The notes beneath the pieces are model-generated. The model saw only the letters and a list, made by a program, of their open reading frames with translations. It had not been told where the DNA came from and did no database searches. The position numbers and the translations under genes were made by a program. A DNA stretch of 64,000 nucleotides from Ignavibacteriota bacterium (GTDB lineage: Bacteria; Bacteroidota; Ignavibacteria; UBA10030; CAVZMI01). The stretch spans positions 224,001 to 288,000 of the forward strand of contig CAVZMI010000020.1 in assembly GCA_963776275.1 (NCBI GenBank). The letters are read 5' to 3'. Shown here piece by piece: positions 30,499 to 41,363 of this stretch; position 1 is the first letter of the stretch; every line of letters starts with the position of its first letter.

Positions 30499-32076
30499 TT
30501 ATTTAGGTGTAATATGATAATATTCATGTTCGTCGGCAATATGCATGACCGTTCGGAACACGAGCCGTGCAACACGGGCTAATTTATAATAGTTGATACG
30601 ATTTGATTCGTCACTCACCTGATGGTAGTCGGCATGTAGCCCGCTGTGATAGAAAAGAATCGGGATTTTCTTCTGAATAAAAGGCCCCTGATCGCCGCTG
30701 AATAGAAAATATTCCTGTGAATATCCAAATTTAAAGCCAACATAGCGATTTTCCGCCTGTGTAATCCTGACAATATCCGGACTGATGGAATATCCGATCA
30801 GGTACAGACTGTCGATACTGTTACGGCCGATCATGTCGAGGTTCAGCATTGCAACGGTTCTATCAAGGGGGTACAGCGGATTTCCGACGTACGCCAGAGA
30901 ACCGAGAAGCCCTTCTTCTTCTCCGGCAAAAGCGATAAAAAGAATGCTTCGTTTCGGCTTTTGCTCCAATGTCCCGAATGCTTTTGCGAGAGCCATCATT
31001 CCACTCGTCCCCGATGCATTATCATCGGCGCCGTTATAGATAGAATCCTGTCCGATCGCGACTCCTTTCTTATATCCAACATGATCGTAATGAGCACCGA
31101 TTATAAGCATTTCGTTTTTCAATTCCGGATCAGAGCCCTCACAGTATCCGAGTACATTCTGTGTCGTGAATTTCCTTATTGTTGTAGAAGTTTTTACATA
31201 ACCGTTTGCGCCCGAAATGGAAAACGACTGAGGAGTCATTGTACTGTCGATGCGAGCCTGAAGTGCTTTCAATGTCTCAATGCTTCCGAAGAGTTGCTTA
31301 ATAACTTCAGTACCGATATGCACCACAGGTATTTTTTTCGACTCTTCGACGCCGAGTGTCATCGGCAGCGCATCGACTGGTATTACCTTCGACAGTGACG
31401 GCCAGGGAAAACCTCGCGGTATTAGATTACTGTGATTCAAAGGATCGGTAACAACCAAAAGAGCAGCCGCACCATGCTCCATCGCAATGCCGGCTTTTTT
31501 GTCAACATTCGAATACTGGGTTGAATTTTTTCCGTCGAACCTGGAATTCGGATCTTCCTCACACGGTTCATGCCGGAGAACAACAACGATTTTTCCCCGT
31601 ACATCGATTTTTGCATAATCATCATACTGATACTCCGGCGCAGTAATTCCATATCCCGCAAAGACGATTGATCCTGATGCGTCTCTGTTTGCGGTCATCT
31701 CAAACGGAACAAATTCACTTTTCAATGTATATGATTGTTCCTTACCATCCTTCGTTATGCGGAGACGGTTATCATTCCCGAGATTGATAATGTTCAATCC
31801 AAACTGCTGAAAATAACTCCCACGGAACGCTTCGAGACCGTCGGATTTAAATTCATCGGCAATAAATTGGGCGGCCGAATTGAGTTGCGAACTTGGAGTA
31901 TTACGTCCCATCATCGAATCGGAAGCCAGAACATCGACATAACGCTTCACGAGAGAGGCAGTGACGACATCCAGTCCCCGATCTTCATCCTCCACCGATC
32001 CAAAAATACCGCATCCGATCAATGAAAGAAGAAATACCAACGCCAGAATATTATTACGAATTCGAAGTCTGTTCAT
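30499..32076 (-). CDS. M28 family peptidase with PA domain, lipoprotein
   Basis: LIGC lipobox, LASDSMMGR, VFAGYGI, GAHYDHVG, NGADDNASG, GEEEGLLGS, NLDMIG, DYHQ. Confidence 0.93.
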   Translation of the reverse strand: MNRLRIRNNILALVFLLSLIGCGIFGSVEDEDRGLDVVTASLVKRYVDVLASDSMMGRNTPSSQLNSAAQFIADEFKSDGLEAFRGSYFQQFGLNIINLGNDNRLRITKDGKEQSYTLKSEFVPFEMTANRDASGSIVFAGYGITAPEYQYDDYAKIDVRGKIVVVLRHEPCEEDPNSRFDGKNSTQYSNVDKKAGIAMEHGAAALLVVTDPLNHSNLIPRGFPWPSLSKVIPVDALPMTLGVEESKKIPVVHIGTEVIKQLFGSIETLKALQARIDSTMTPQSFSISGANGYVKTSTTIRKFTTQNVLGYCEGSDPELKNEMLIIGAHYDHVGYKKGVAIGQDSIYNGADDNASGTSGMMALAKAFGTLEQKPKRSILFIAFAGEEEGLLGSLAYVGNPLYPLDRTVAMLNLDMIGRNSIDSLYLIGYSISPDIVRITQAENRYVGFKFGYSQEYFLFSGDQGPFIQKKIPILFYHSGLHADYHQVSDESNRINYYKLARVARLVFRTVMHIADEHEYYHITPK

Positions 32077-32213
32077 TTTTTTGAATTCCTTTGCTAATTT
32101 TGAATAAACAGATTTAGAACAGGCATGATCATGCTTTTTCTTCTTACGGTTTTAATTCATCACTTGTTTCGCCCTGGCTATCCTCTACATGAATGGTCAT
32201 TTATCCCCATTAT

Positions 32214-33329
32214 CTATTTTTCTTCCCAATGATGATGGATTTGATCGACGATGAATTTTTGCATGGCAGATTTGTATACCGACCGGTCAAATAAAAGTGA
32301 ATGCATTCTGATCCGGTGAGGATCAAAAGAGAGCGATTCAAAACGCCTGATGGCTTCGCTGAAGTTTGCCGGTGTCTGGTCATAAAAAAATGTACCGGTC
32401 ACACCCTCAATTATGGTCTCAAGTGCTCCTCCCTTTCCATACGCGATAACAGGTTTTCCGCTGGCCATTGCTTCGAGCGGAACAATACCAAAATCCTCGA
32501 TACCGGGAAATAACAGTGCTGTGCAACGCTGATATAGACCAGCGATCTCTTCGTCATTCCTCCAGCCGACTAATGTTACGGTTTCCCCGGCACGGGATCG
32601 GAGTGCCTCCTCTTCCGGTCCACTTCCGGCAATTACAAGATTCCGTTTCATTGCATTACAGACATCAATCGCAAGGTCGATGCGTTTGTAGGGTACCAAG
32701 GCACCAACGATGAGGAAAAATCCTTCATCAATATTCGATGCATTAAACCTCGAGACCTCAACCGGAGGGTAAATGACATTCGCCTCCCGATGATAGATAC
32801 GCTGGATTCGTTCCCGAACGAAAGTGGAATTTGCCACAAATTGATCAACACGAGCCGATGATTTTACGTCCCATCGCTGGAGATGTGGGCGGATAATTTT
32901 CATTGCTCTACACACGGAGACGCTTGCCCGACCCGGCCCAAAATAATCATCGTACATGTCCCACACATAACGCATCGGTGTATGACAATAGCAAATATGC
33001 AGTGCACCGGGGCTCGGGCGAATTCCTTTGGCCGCACAATGACTTGACGATATGATTACATCGAATTCGCTCATGTCAAAATGCCCGATTGCAGCAGGGA
33101 ACAGCGGTAGATAGTGCCGATAGAAACGCTCAGCGTGTGGAAGCTTTTGAATAAAGGAGGTTCGAATCTGCATACGTTCAATGGTCGGTGAAACGCTTCC
33201 GGGAATATGCAGCAATGTGTGAAGCACTGCATCGGGATAGAGTTCGCAGAGAACTTCAAGGCATTTTTCCCCTCCTCGCATCGAAGTGAGCCAGTCGTGT
33301 ACAAGCGCTATACGAAGCTGTGGATTCAT
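32214..33329 (-). CDS. Glycosyltransferase family 4
   Basis: ALVHDWLTSMRGGEK, YCHTPMRY, PYKRID, EDFGIVPLEAMASGKPVI. Confidence 0.95.
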   Translation of the reverse strand: MNPQLRIALVHDWLTSMRGGEKCLEVLCELYPDAVLHTLLHIPGSVSPTIERMQIRTSFIQKLPHAERFYRHYLPLFPAAIGHFDMSEFDVIISSSHCAAKGIRPSPGALHICYCHTPMRYVWDMYDDYFGPGRASVSVCRAMKIIRPHLQRWDVKSSARVDQFVANSTFVRERIQRIYHREANVIYPPVEVSRFNASNIDEGFFLIVGALVPYKRIDLAIDVCNAMKRNLVIAGSGPEEEALRSRAGETVTLVGWRNDEEIAGLYQRCTALLFPGIEDFGIVPLEAMASGKPVIAYGKGGALETIIEGVTGTFFYDQTPANFSEAIRRFESLSFDPHRIRMHSLLFDRSVYKSAMQKFIVDQIHHHWEEK

Positions 33330-33405
33330 ATCAAGAAAATATACATGAAAAATTCACGTCGTTCCAACAGAATTTCTTTTTAATCAAACTCAATGGCCTA
33401 TGAAA

Positions 33406-33466
33406 TGACGCAGGGGGCTTCAGATAAACGCTTTATAATGCTTCCGTCTATCTTCGCCCCCTGTCA
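33406..33466 (-). other. Intergenic hairpin with AGCAUUAUA loop motif
   Basis: CAGGGGGC (33411-33418)/GCCCCCTG (33456-33463) plus an inner 9-bp helix containing one G-U pair on the minus strand. Confidence 0.6.
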
Positions 33467-33507
33467 ATGTAACAAGCTGAATTGTATCGCGATATGTATT
33501 TCTTAGT

Positions 33508-34236
33508 TTATTTCTTTTTCTGAACCCCTATTTTCAGTTTGTGGTTTTGTCCCTGGTTATCCTTGAAATCCATTTCGAAATCCTGGGAACCACCTCCCTC
33601 GAGAATTTGTCCTGTATCCTGAAGATCGCTCTGCTCTTCTCGCGTTATAATGCGGATTTCAATTCTTCCATCCCGATAGGAGATACCAACCTGTCCTGTG
33701 CCGACCTCGGTTGATTTTTGAGACAGGAGATTCAGCAGAACCGCCAATCCGTGAGTCATAAACAGATAATCCGCGCTGTCTTTGTCTGTCGTAAATCGTC
33801 CCTTCGATCCACGAATTGATGCAACCGATGTCGGCGTCGTAAATTCGAATTTCTCCTTCTCCTGTTTGTTCACATCGAAATCTGTCCCCCCCCGGCTGAG
33901 CTCGACGCTTTTTGAAAATACGTTACCCGCAATTTCACCGGCAATGGTGATTTCAGAATTCGGACGTACTTTGAGGAGTGTGTTATCGTTAAACTTCACA
34001 ACTGCAAATGCGTTCGGTCCTGTTTTTAGATTATCCTTTGACGCAAGTCGATCGCCCCTCTTTGCTTTTTGCCAGTCGCTGCCCGGTGTTCTGCGATGAA
34101 CATCGTCTTTAATGATTTTCATAATTATGGCAATCGGCTGTGCATCCGGAGGGTACAGCATCATTGCCGTTACTGCCACAGCACACAGCACCGGAAGAAC
34201 TGTGGCAAGAATACGGAAGAAAAATTTCTTTTTCAT
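33508..34236 (-). CDS. FecR-domain secreted/membrane-anchored protein
   Basis: N-terminal hydrophobic helix, GDRLASKDNLKTG, KFNDNTLLKVRPNS, TPTSVASIRGS. Confidence 0.85.
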   Translation of the reverse strand: MKKKFFFRILATVLPVLCAVAVTAMMLYPPDAQPIAIIMKIIKDDVHRRTPGSDWQKAKRGDRLASKDNLKTGPNAFAVVKFNDNTLLKVRPNSEITIAGEIAGNVFSKSVELSRGGTDFDVNKQEKEKFEFTTPTSVASIRGSKGRFTTDKDSADYLFMTHGLAVLLNLLSQKSTEVGTGQVGISYRDGRIEIRIITREEQSDLQDTGQILEGGGSQDFEMDFKDNQGQNHKLKIGVQKKK

Positions 34237-34260
34237 GGTTGTGTATCCTTTTTCATGATT

Positions 34261-34381
34261 CTAGTGTCTCGATTCAAAAATAACTTGAATAAGTCGGAGC
34301 GCCCTATAATGCTATTCCATCCGATTTCCATTAGTTTTAATCCTATAAATTCTTCAAGTTATTTTTGGTACTCGACACTAG
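34261..34381 (-). other. Long intergenic hairpin with AGCAUUAUA loop motif
   Basis: CTAGTGTC/GACACTAG, perfect 15-bp CAAAAATAACTTGAA/TTCAAGTTATTTTTG and TCGGA/TCCGA helices. Confidence 0.65.
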
Positions 34382-35461
34382 TCGATTGTCATATTAGTAA
34401 TTTGGAATTCACCCGAACGTACTTTCTGCAAAAACTCCCCCCAGGTCATTGTAATTCCTCCGAACCGAAGCAGTCCTGTCGGTTCGAATCCCATTTCAAG
34501 CAGTCGCGCAATTATCGCTTGAAACTGCGGACCGGCGATATCTTGAAGCTGATTTAGAATCATTGCCGCCGCTGCGGATCCGGTTTGCTTGGTGATATTG
34601 ATTTGCCAGATTTCACTCGAGATTAAATCCTCGGTATTTGCCCCCGACCGGACAATACCCTGCACGAGCCAGTAGTAACTTTTTCCCTGCTCGAGCGGAC
34701 GCACACCCGCCCCTGAAGCTTCGTACTGGTAAGTGTTTACTTTTAATAAACGCTTCTGCAAGTTCGGCACCCCGGAGATTGCTTCCTGTGGTGTCTGCAT
34801 TCCCGGTAATTTTTCATAAACCCCAAGAATTACTTCATCGGTATTTGATGACCATTGGAAAACTGGAAACGGATTCGGCCATTCGATACCATTGGAAGGA
34901 GCTAATAAATCAACACGAGATGGATTTTGTATTATCACGCTCACTGGAAACTCATTAGATTTTGGCATATTCGGCGTTCTACTTTCCAGCCACGCCGTGA
35001 ACGTGTAGGTACCGTAGGGGAGCTTTCCTGTTGCCTGAAGTACTTCATTGATTCTCTTTCCGGCGGCATCGACGATTCCACTCTCATTCCCATCAAGCTG
35101 TATGCCGTTCGAAGATCCAAGATCGACATTGGTGATCCTCCTCGTTCCCGAGAGGAGGAACGGTTCCGATATCGCCCGCGCAAGGGGATTCAATTGTGTC
35201 CCATCGGCAAGTTGTACCGTGACATCGAGATGCAGAACGACCGTAGCCTGACGGGATGATGTCATAGTAATAGCAATAAAGGGACGTGAACTGTGGAAAT
35301 TATCAAAGTCCAGATCCGTTACCGAAATCTGATCCAAAGAGAGAAGAGTAACTGATACACTCAATGATTGAGCGTAGAGTGCTGGTCCAGTCGCTATCCA
35401 TAATACCATCGTTAAAAAAAGTAGCAGCGGGACGAACCATAAGGCGTGCCTGATTTTTCAT
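34378..35461 (-). CDS. Secreted hypothetical protein with Ig/FN3-like domain; probable +1 homopolymer error right after the start codon
   Basis: LPYGTYTF, LLAPSNG..P.FQW, LEQGKSYYWLVQ; removing one A at 35454-35458 joins ATG 35461 to a complete signal peptide. Confidence 0.75.
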
Positions 35462-35520
35462 ACGATAGCCCTTTATATTATGATAATGTAGTATAAACAC
35501 TTTTTCATATTTGTGCAACC

Positions 35521-36846
35521 TTAAAAGTTTGCTATATCATTGTAGATTACAAAGGCCATAAAGGCAAGCAAGAGGAAAAATCCAACCTGCTGAAAAGCGA
35601 GCTTCACTTTACTCGGTATCTCCCGGCGGAAGATTGCCTCATACACAAGAAATATGATGTGTCCTCCATCCAGCGCCGGAAATGGTATGATATTTAAAAT
35701 AGCCAGACTGACACTGAGAAGGGCCAGAAATCCAAAAAAACTCCCGAGGCCAAATTCTGCCGACCGGGTTGCAAGTTGAGCAATGCGAATCGGTCCACCG
35801 ACCGTTTTCCCAAATGGCGTCTTCCCGATGACAACCTGCCATATCGATTTCCCGAATAGAACCGTTACATTCCAGATCTCGCCTACACCTCGAGGGAGAG
35901 CCTCAAGAATTGTATATTGATATCGTTTAATCGGGCCGGTAAATGGTTTCGGTTCCTGCACGATGCCAATTTTTCCATCAGGATCTGGAACGACTTTCCC
36001 GTTGAACATTGAGTCGCCCCGCATCCATTGTATCGATACTTCTTTTCCAACATTTGCTTTAACAATCTTCAGTACCTGCTGAGCAACAGCAATATGGACA
36101 TCATTCAAGGATATGATGACATCCTTCGATTTCAATCCGACTCGTTCTGCCGGACGATTCTTTTCAACACTGTTAACCATCACCACGCCGGGAGAACCTG
36201 CTGGTAGCAATCCAAAAAAGTCTTCTGTAAGATCGGGAACCAATTTCCGCGGAACAGGTATCGTGCATGTCGCTTCATGACGCAGAATAGTAAATGTCAA
36301 ATCGTTTCCCATATCTTCAATGTACATTGCATTTTGGATATCATCCCAGCTTTCTACCCGTTTACCGTTGATTGTTATGATCTTATCGTCCTGCTGGAAT
36401 CCGGCGATCTCTGCATTACTTTGTTGAACAACAATACCGACTTCCGTCGTATCGATCACTACTCTCCCATTGACATAATTGATCCCCCAAAAAATCAAGA
36501 TTGCGAGCAGGAGATTCATAATCACTCCCGCTGCCATGACGATCATTCTCTGCCAGATCGGTTTCGACCGGAACTCCCACGGCTGCGGTTCATGATTGAG
36601 AAATTCCGTATCGAAGCTTTCATCGATCATCCCGGCAATTTTCACATATCCCCCGATGGGAATCCATGAAATGCAGTAGTCGGTCTCGCCGATTTTCCGT
36701 CCGAACGCACGCGGTGGAAAACCTATTGAGAATATATCAACGCGCATGCCGAAAAGTTTGGCTGCGAGAAAATGACCAAGCTCATGTACCAGGACAAGAA
36801 TTCCAATAGTTATGATGAAATAGAATATTGTTACAATTACACCCAT
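35521..36846 (-). CDS. rseP: RIP metalloprotease RseP
   Basis: HELGH, IPIGGYVKIAGM, two PDZ domains, NIIPFPALDGGH. Confidence 0.96.
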   Translation of the reverse strand: MGVIVTIFYFIITIGILVLVHELGHFLAAKLFGMRVDIFSIGFPPRAFGRKIGETDYCISWIPIGGYVKIAGMIDESFDTEFLNHEPQPWEFRSKPIWQRMIVMAAGVIMNLLLAILIFWGINYVNGRVVIDTTEVGIVVQQSNAEIAGFQQDDKIITINGKRVESWDDIQNAMYIEDMGNDLTFTILRHEATCTIPVPRKLVPDLTEDFFGLLPAGSPGVVMVNSVEKNRPAERVGLKSKDVIISLNDVHIAVAQQVLKIVKANVGKEVSIQWMRGDSMFNGKVVPDPDGKIGIVQEPKPFTGPIKRYQYTILEALPRGVGEIWNVTVLFGKSIWQVVIGKTPFGKTVGGPIRIAQLATRSAEFGLGSFFGFLALLSVSLAILNIIPFPALDGGHIIFLVYEAIFRREIPSKVKLAFQQVGFFLLLAFMAFVIYNDIANF

Positions 36847-36868
36847 ATTAGATTAAACTCCATATTTG

Positions 36869-38010
36869 TTAATACTGTTCAAGAATCATCGCCCGTGTCA
36901 AGCGATCGGCTTCGATGATATGAGGAAGTTCCGGATGATCAACAATATGCTGGCGGTCTAGTGCCGTACGAACGATGCGGGGAATATCCGGGAATTGAAG
37001 CTTCCGGTTGAGAAAAAGATCAACAGCAACTTCATTTGCCGCATTGATAACCGCCGGTGCACTTCCTCCCCGACCGATGGCCTCAAAGGCAAGCCCGAGA
37101 CATTCAAATTTATCGATGTCCGGTTCAACGAATGTCATTTCGCGAAAAGTCGAAAAATCCAGTCGTTCCCAATGCGAGGATATACGCTTCGGGTACGTCA
37201 GGGCATATTGGATTGGAATTTTCATGTCCGGAATGCCGAGTTGTGCCTTTATCGATCCATCTATAAATTCCACCATTGAATGTATAATCGATTGAGGATG
37301 AATAACAACATCGATTTTTTCTGGAGGGATGTGAAACAACCAGCGGGCTTCGATAACTTCAAGTCCTTTATTCATTAACGTTGCCGAATCAATCGTGATT
37401 TTATTCCCCATTTTCCAATTTGGATGCTTCAATGCCTCATCGACCGTAATGGAACAGAAATCTTCTTTATTTCGGGTGTAAAACTGACCGCCCGAAGCCG
37501 TGAGAATCAGCCGAAGCACAGTCGCGGGGCCTCACCCGCCAGACATTGCATAATCGCGCTATGTTCACTATCGATCGGAAGGATTTTCACGCCATATTCA
37601 TCGACAAGGCCGGTTATGATTTCCCCCGCGACAACAAGTGTCTCTTTATTCGCCAGGGCAATGGTTTTCCGATGTCTAATCGCCTCAATTGTCGGCCTGA
37701 GTCCTGCAAAACCCACAAGAGAATTTATGACAAGGTCTACATCATCGCGGCGGACGATTTCGAGAAGCCCTTTCTCGCCAACGAGGACTTCAGTAGTTCC
37801 TTTCAGTGTCTCTGACAAAGCAGCAGCGGCACGATGATCGAGAACAACAACCCCCTTTGGAGAAAACCTTCGAATCTGTTCGTTGAGCAACTCGATATTC
37901 CTGTTGGTTGTCAGGTAGGTTGCTCGAAACTGATCAGGGATGGTCTGTATAACTTCAAGACTGTTTCGTCCGATCGATCCGGTTGAACCAAGTATTGCAA
38001 TATTTCTCAT
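36869..38010 (-). CDS. dxr: 1-deoxy-D-xylulose 5-phosphate reductoisomerase, frameshift near 37515
   Basis: ILGSTGSIG, LANKE, PIDSEHSA in one frame; LTASGG, HPNWKMGNKITIDSATLMNKGLE in the next. Confidence 0.95.
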
Positions 38011-38172
38011 AACAGATAGAAGGTACAGAAATACGGCGTATGAGTCAAGGAATGAGGATTGAGTACGCGAACAAAACCTCATTTTCCCTTGTTATTATTA
38101 AACAGTTTATGATAAGAAAAAATCTCAACTTATTAGCTTTTTCATCATGAAGCTTTTCTTTATATTATCTCT

Positions 38173-40059
38173 ATGAGATATTGTCGACAAATGTATCGGC
38201 GGGGGATTATTGCTGCATGGGTATTACTTGCGATAACAAGAATATCCGCTCAGGAAGAGGGGAAATTGCACCATCAAGATCAAAATACAATAAAATTCCA
38301 CCTGGCCGAGGCATATGAGCGGGCTGGAGATTATATGAAAGCTCTTCCAATCTATGAGCAGCTTCATCACACTGATGAAAATAATCTTGTTTTCTTTGAT
38401 GCACTCCGCCGGACTTATATGCATTTGAAATTGTATGATAGTGCAATTACTATTGTTACAAAACGACTTGATTTCACCGGTAATGATATTTCACTTTTCG
38501 GTCTGCTTGGTGACTGCTATTATAAGGCTGGAAAAGAGGCCGAGGCATTTTCTACCTGGAACCGGGGGATTGAGGTTTTCAAGAATTCTCCAACCGCATA
38601 CCGTGTGATCGCGAATTACCTTATCGAAAACCGATTGCATGACAAAGCCATTAAAATGCTCATTGATGGACGCCGGCAAGATTCCGAACGTTCTTCCATA
38701 ACCGAGGAAATTGGATTGTTGTATACTATGATGTTCCGCTACGAAGATGCGACCCGCGAATATCTCTCGATTGTTACCGAAAAAGGATTGCCGATGATGG
38801 AGGTCATACGGCAACGAATTAGTTCGTATATAGTCAAACCGGAAGCTCTTAGTGCAGCTCTAAAGGTCGCTCAAGCAGAAACCGCCCGTCATGAAGATAA
38901 TGTAGCTCTTCAAATGTTGCTTGCCTGGCTATATCAAGAGGCAAAAAGGTACGATGATGCATTTGTAGTGTATAAAAACATCGATGCACTGCTCAAAGCG
39001 CAGGGACGAGAGATATTGAATTTTGCCGAACGGATTTCGAAGGAGCGTGCATTCCCGACTGCAGCAAAGGCATTCAGGGAATATATTGATCACTATCCTG
39101 CACAAACAGCAATTCCCCAGGCAAAATATGGATATGCTCGAGTACTGGAAGAATTGGGCACACAACCTGATACGTCGGGTGAGACAACGAATCTCACGGC
39201 CGACCGCCGCTCACTGCTTACAGAGGCCATTAAATATTATAACGCCCTGGCAAGCGAACATCCGCAATCACAGTATGCCCGACTTGCCCTTTATAGGATT
39301 GCACTGGTGAAGTTCAACATATATTTTGATATCGATGGCGCCCTTCGTGCACTCGATGAAATTCGCCACCGATATGCCGATTCTGAAACAAATCCCGACG
39401 TTGTCATCACCACCGGTGATATCTATATTGCACGCGGTGAACTCGACAGTGCTCTTTATTCATATCGGGTACTCCTCAGAAACTATGCGGTCCAGGGGCA
39501 GACTCAGAAGAATCTTGCATCGTTTAAGTGTATTCAGATTGAATACTATCGCGGCGAATTCGACAGCGCATTAACCCACCTTGCTCCGCTGGCTCAAGAA
39601 ACAACGTCGGACATCGCAAATGACGCCATAAAACTCCAGATGTTCATTCAATACCACCGGAAAGGTCAGGAAGATGCTCTCAAAATATATGCACATGCCG
39701 AGCTTTTGTCGCGTCAGCATAAATACATGGAGGCTATTGCATTTCTTGAGGATATTACCAAACGTTTTCCGAGCTCGCTGTTACTTGACGATGCATTGAT
39801 TCTAACTGGAGACCTGTACAGATCCGCCGGTCGATTTTCTAATGCACTCGATGCATATCAACGACTTGTAAAAGAATATCCGGAAAGCATTTTTGCCGAT
39901 AGGTCACTTTTTGCCACTGCCGAAATATATCACCATGAAATGCACGAAAAAGAAAAAGCCATTACACTTTATGAATCGTTGCTCGAACGATTTCCGGATT
40001 CATTTCTTGTCGGTGAAGCGCGAAAACGGATCAGGATACTTCGTGGAGACACCCTATGA
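38173..40059 (+). CDS. Tetratricopeptide repeat protein, exported
   Basis: Signal peptide and many TPR/BamD-like repeats ending ARKRIRILRGD. Confidence 0.88.
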   Translation: MRYCRQMYRRGIIAAWVLLAITRISAQEEGKLHHQDQNTIKFHLAEAYERAGDYMKALPIYEQLHHTDENNLVFFDALRRTYMHLKLYDSAITIVTKRLDFTGNDISLFGLLGDCYYKAGKEAEAFSTWNRGIEVFKNSPTAYRVIANYLIENRLHDKAIKMLIDGRRQDSERSSITEEIGLLYTMMFRYEDATREYLSIVTEKGLPMMEVIRQRISSYIVKPEALSAALKVAQAETARHEDNVALQMLLAWLYQEAKRYDDAFVVYKNIDALLKAQGREILNFAERISKERAFPTAAKAFREYIDHYPAQTAIPQAKYGYARVLEELGTQPDTSGETTNLTADRRSLLTEAIKYYNALASEHPQSQYARLALYRIALVKFNIYFDIDGALRALDEIRHRYADSETNPDVVITTGDIYIARGELDSALYSYRVLLRNYAVQGQTQKNLASFKCIQIEYYRGEFDSALTHLAPLAQETTSDIANDAIKLQMFIQYHRKGQEDALKIYAHAELLSRQHKYMEAIAFLEDITKRFPSSLLLDDALILTGDLYRSAGRFSNALDAYQRLVKEYPESIFADRSLFATAEIYHHEMHEKEKAITLYESLLERFPDSFLVGEARKRIRILRGDTL

Positions 40060-41337
40060 CTCGTGGAAAAATTAGTCTCTTCATCCTTCTAATATTGTGC
40101 CTGACATCCGTTCCAACTGCAATCGGACAGAAAATACTTGTACCGATCGAACCTCAGGCAGACCGATCACCTGAAAGCATACGGAATCGCATTTTTTGCG
40201 TTGAATAATGGAGTCGATGTCAACTGGTTGCTTAATTACCGCGGCGGTTCGTTTATGTTCGATGCACACGATGAATTTGCCCGTGAATGCCGAATCCGTG
40301 GAGTTACATTCGAAACACTTTCAGGAATACAGACCAGCCAAATCCTTGCTGAAGTACAGCAGGAAGGAAACAACATGGACGTTGTGCTTCTTGAAAAAGT
40401 GCCCAAGATTGCAGTCTATGTGCCGCCGAACTTCAAACCATGGGATGATGCGGTAACCCTCGCGCTAGAATATGCCGAGATCCCCTACGAAAAAGTTTGG
40501 GATGAAGAGGTGCTCCAGGGAAAATTACAGAAATACGACTGGCTTCATCTGCATCACGAGGATTTTACAGGCCAGTACGGGAAATTCTACATGAACTACG
40601 CGTCACAGCAGTGGTATATCGATGAACAGGCATTGAATGAAAAGATGGCGATAAAACTTGGCTTCAGGAAAGTCTCCGAGATGAAAAAGTCTGTCGCCCG
40701 TGCAATTAAATCATACGTCGGGAGCGGTGGTTTTCTATTTGCAATGTGTTCGGCCACCGATACCTACGACATCGCATTGGCGGCCGAAAATACCGATATC
40801 GTCGATGTCATGTTTGATGGCGATCCGCCGGATCCTGATGCACAGAAGAAACTTGATTATAGCAAGACATTTGTATTCGAGAATTTCACGCTGGTGATGA
40901 ATCCATTGATTTATGAATACTCCGATATTGATTTCCCTCCAAGCGATCCCATTCCATTGATGGATCTGAATACCGATTACTTTACGCTCTTCGAATTTTC
41001 AGCAAAATACGACCCTGTCCCGACAATGCTCACTCAAAATCATATCAACGTGATTAAGGGTTTCATGGGACAAACCACAGGTTTCAAAAAGAAACTGATC
41101 AAGCGATCTGTGATCATACTTGCCCAGAAGGAAGGAACCGAGCAGGTTAAATATCTTCACGGGAATTTCGGACGAGGGACGTTTACTTTTTACGGCGGTC
41201 ATGATCCCGAAGATTACCAGCATGCTGTATGGGATCCGCCGACCGATCTGGCCCTGCACAAGAACTCGCCCGGTTACCGGTTGATTTTGAATAACGTCCT
41301 TTTCCCGGCGGCAAAAAAGAAACAACAAAAAACATAA
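40056..41337 (+). CDS. Conserved FCB exported protein with class I glutamine amidotransferase-like fold (often labelled asparagine synthetase B), frameshift near 40147
   Basis: QTDHLKAYG, WLLNYRGGSF, DWLHLHHEDFTGQYGKF, FAMCSATD, GGHDPEDYQH, SPGYRLILNN; signal peptide in the upstream frame from ATG 40056. Confidence 0.8.
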
Positions 41338-41363
41338 ACACCATATCCATCACTTCGGTTGTT

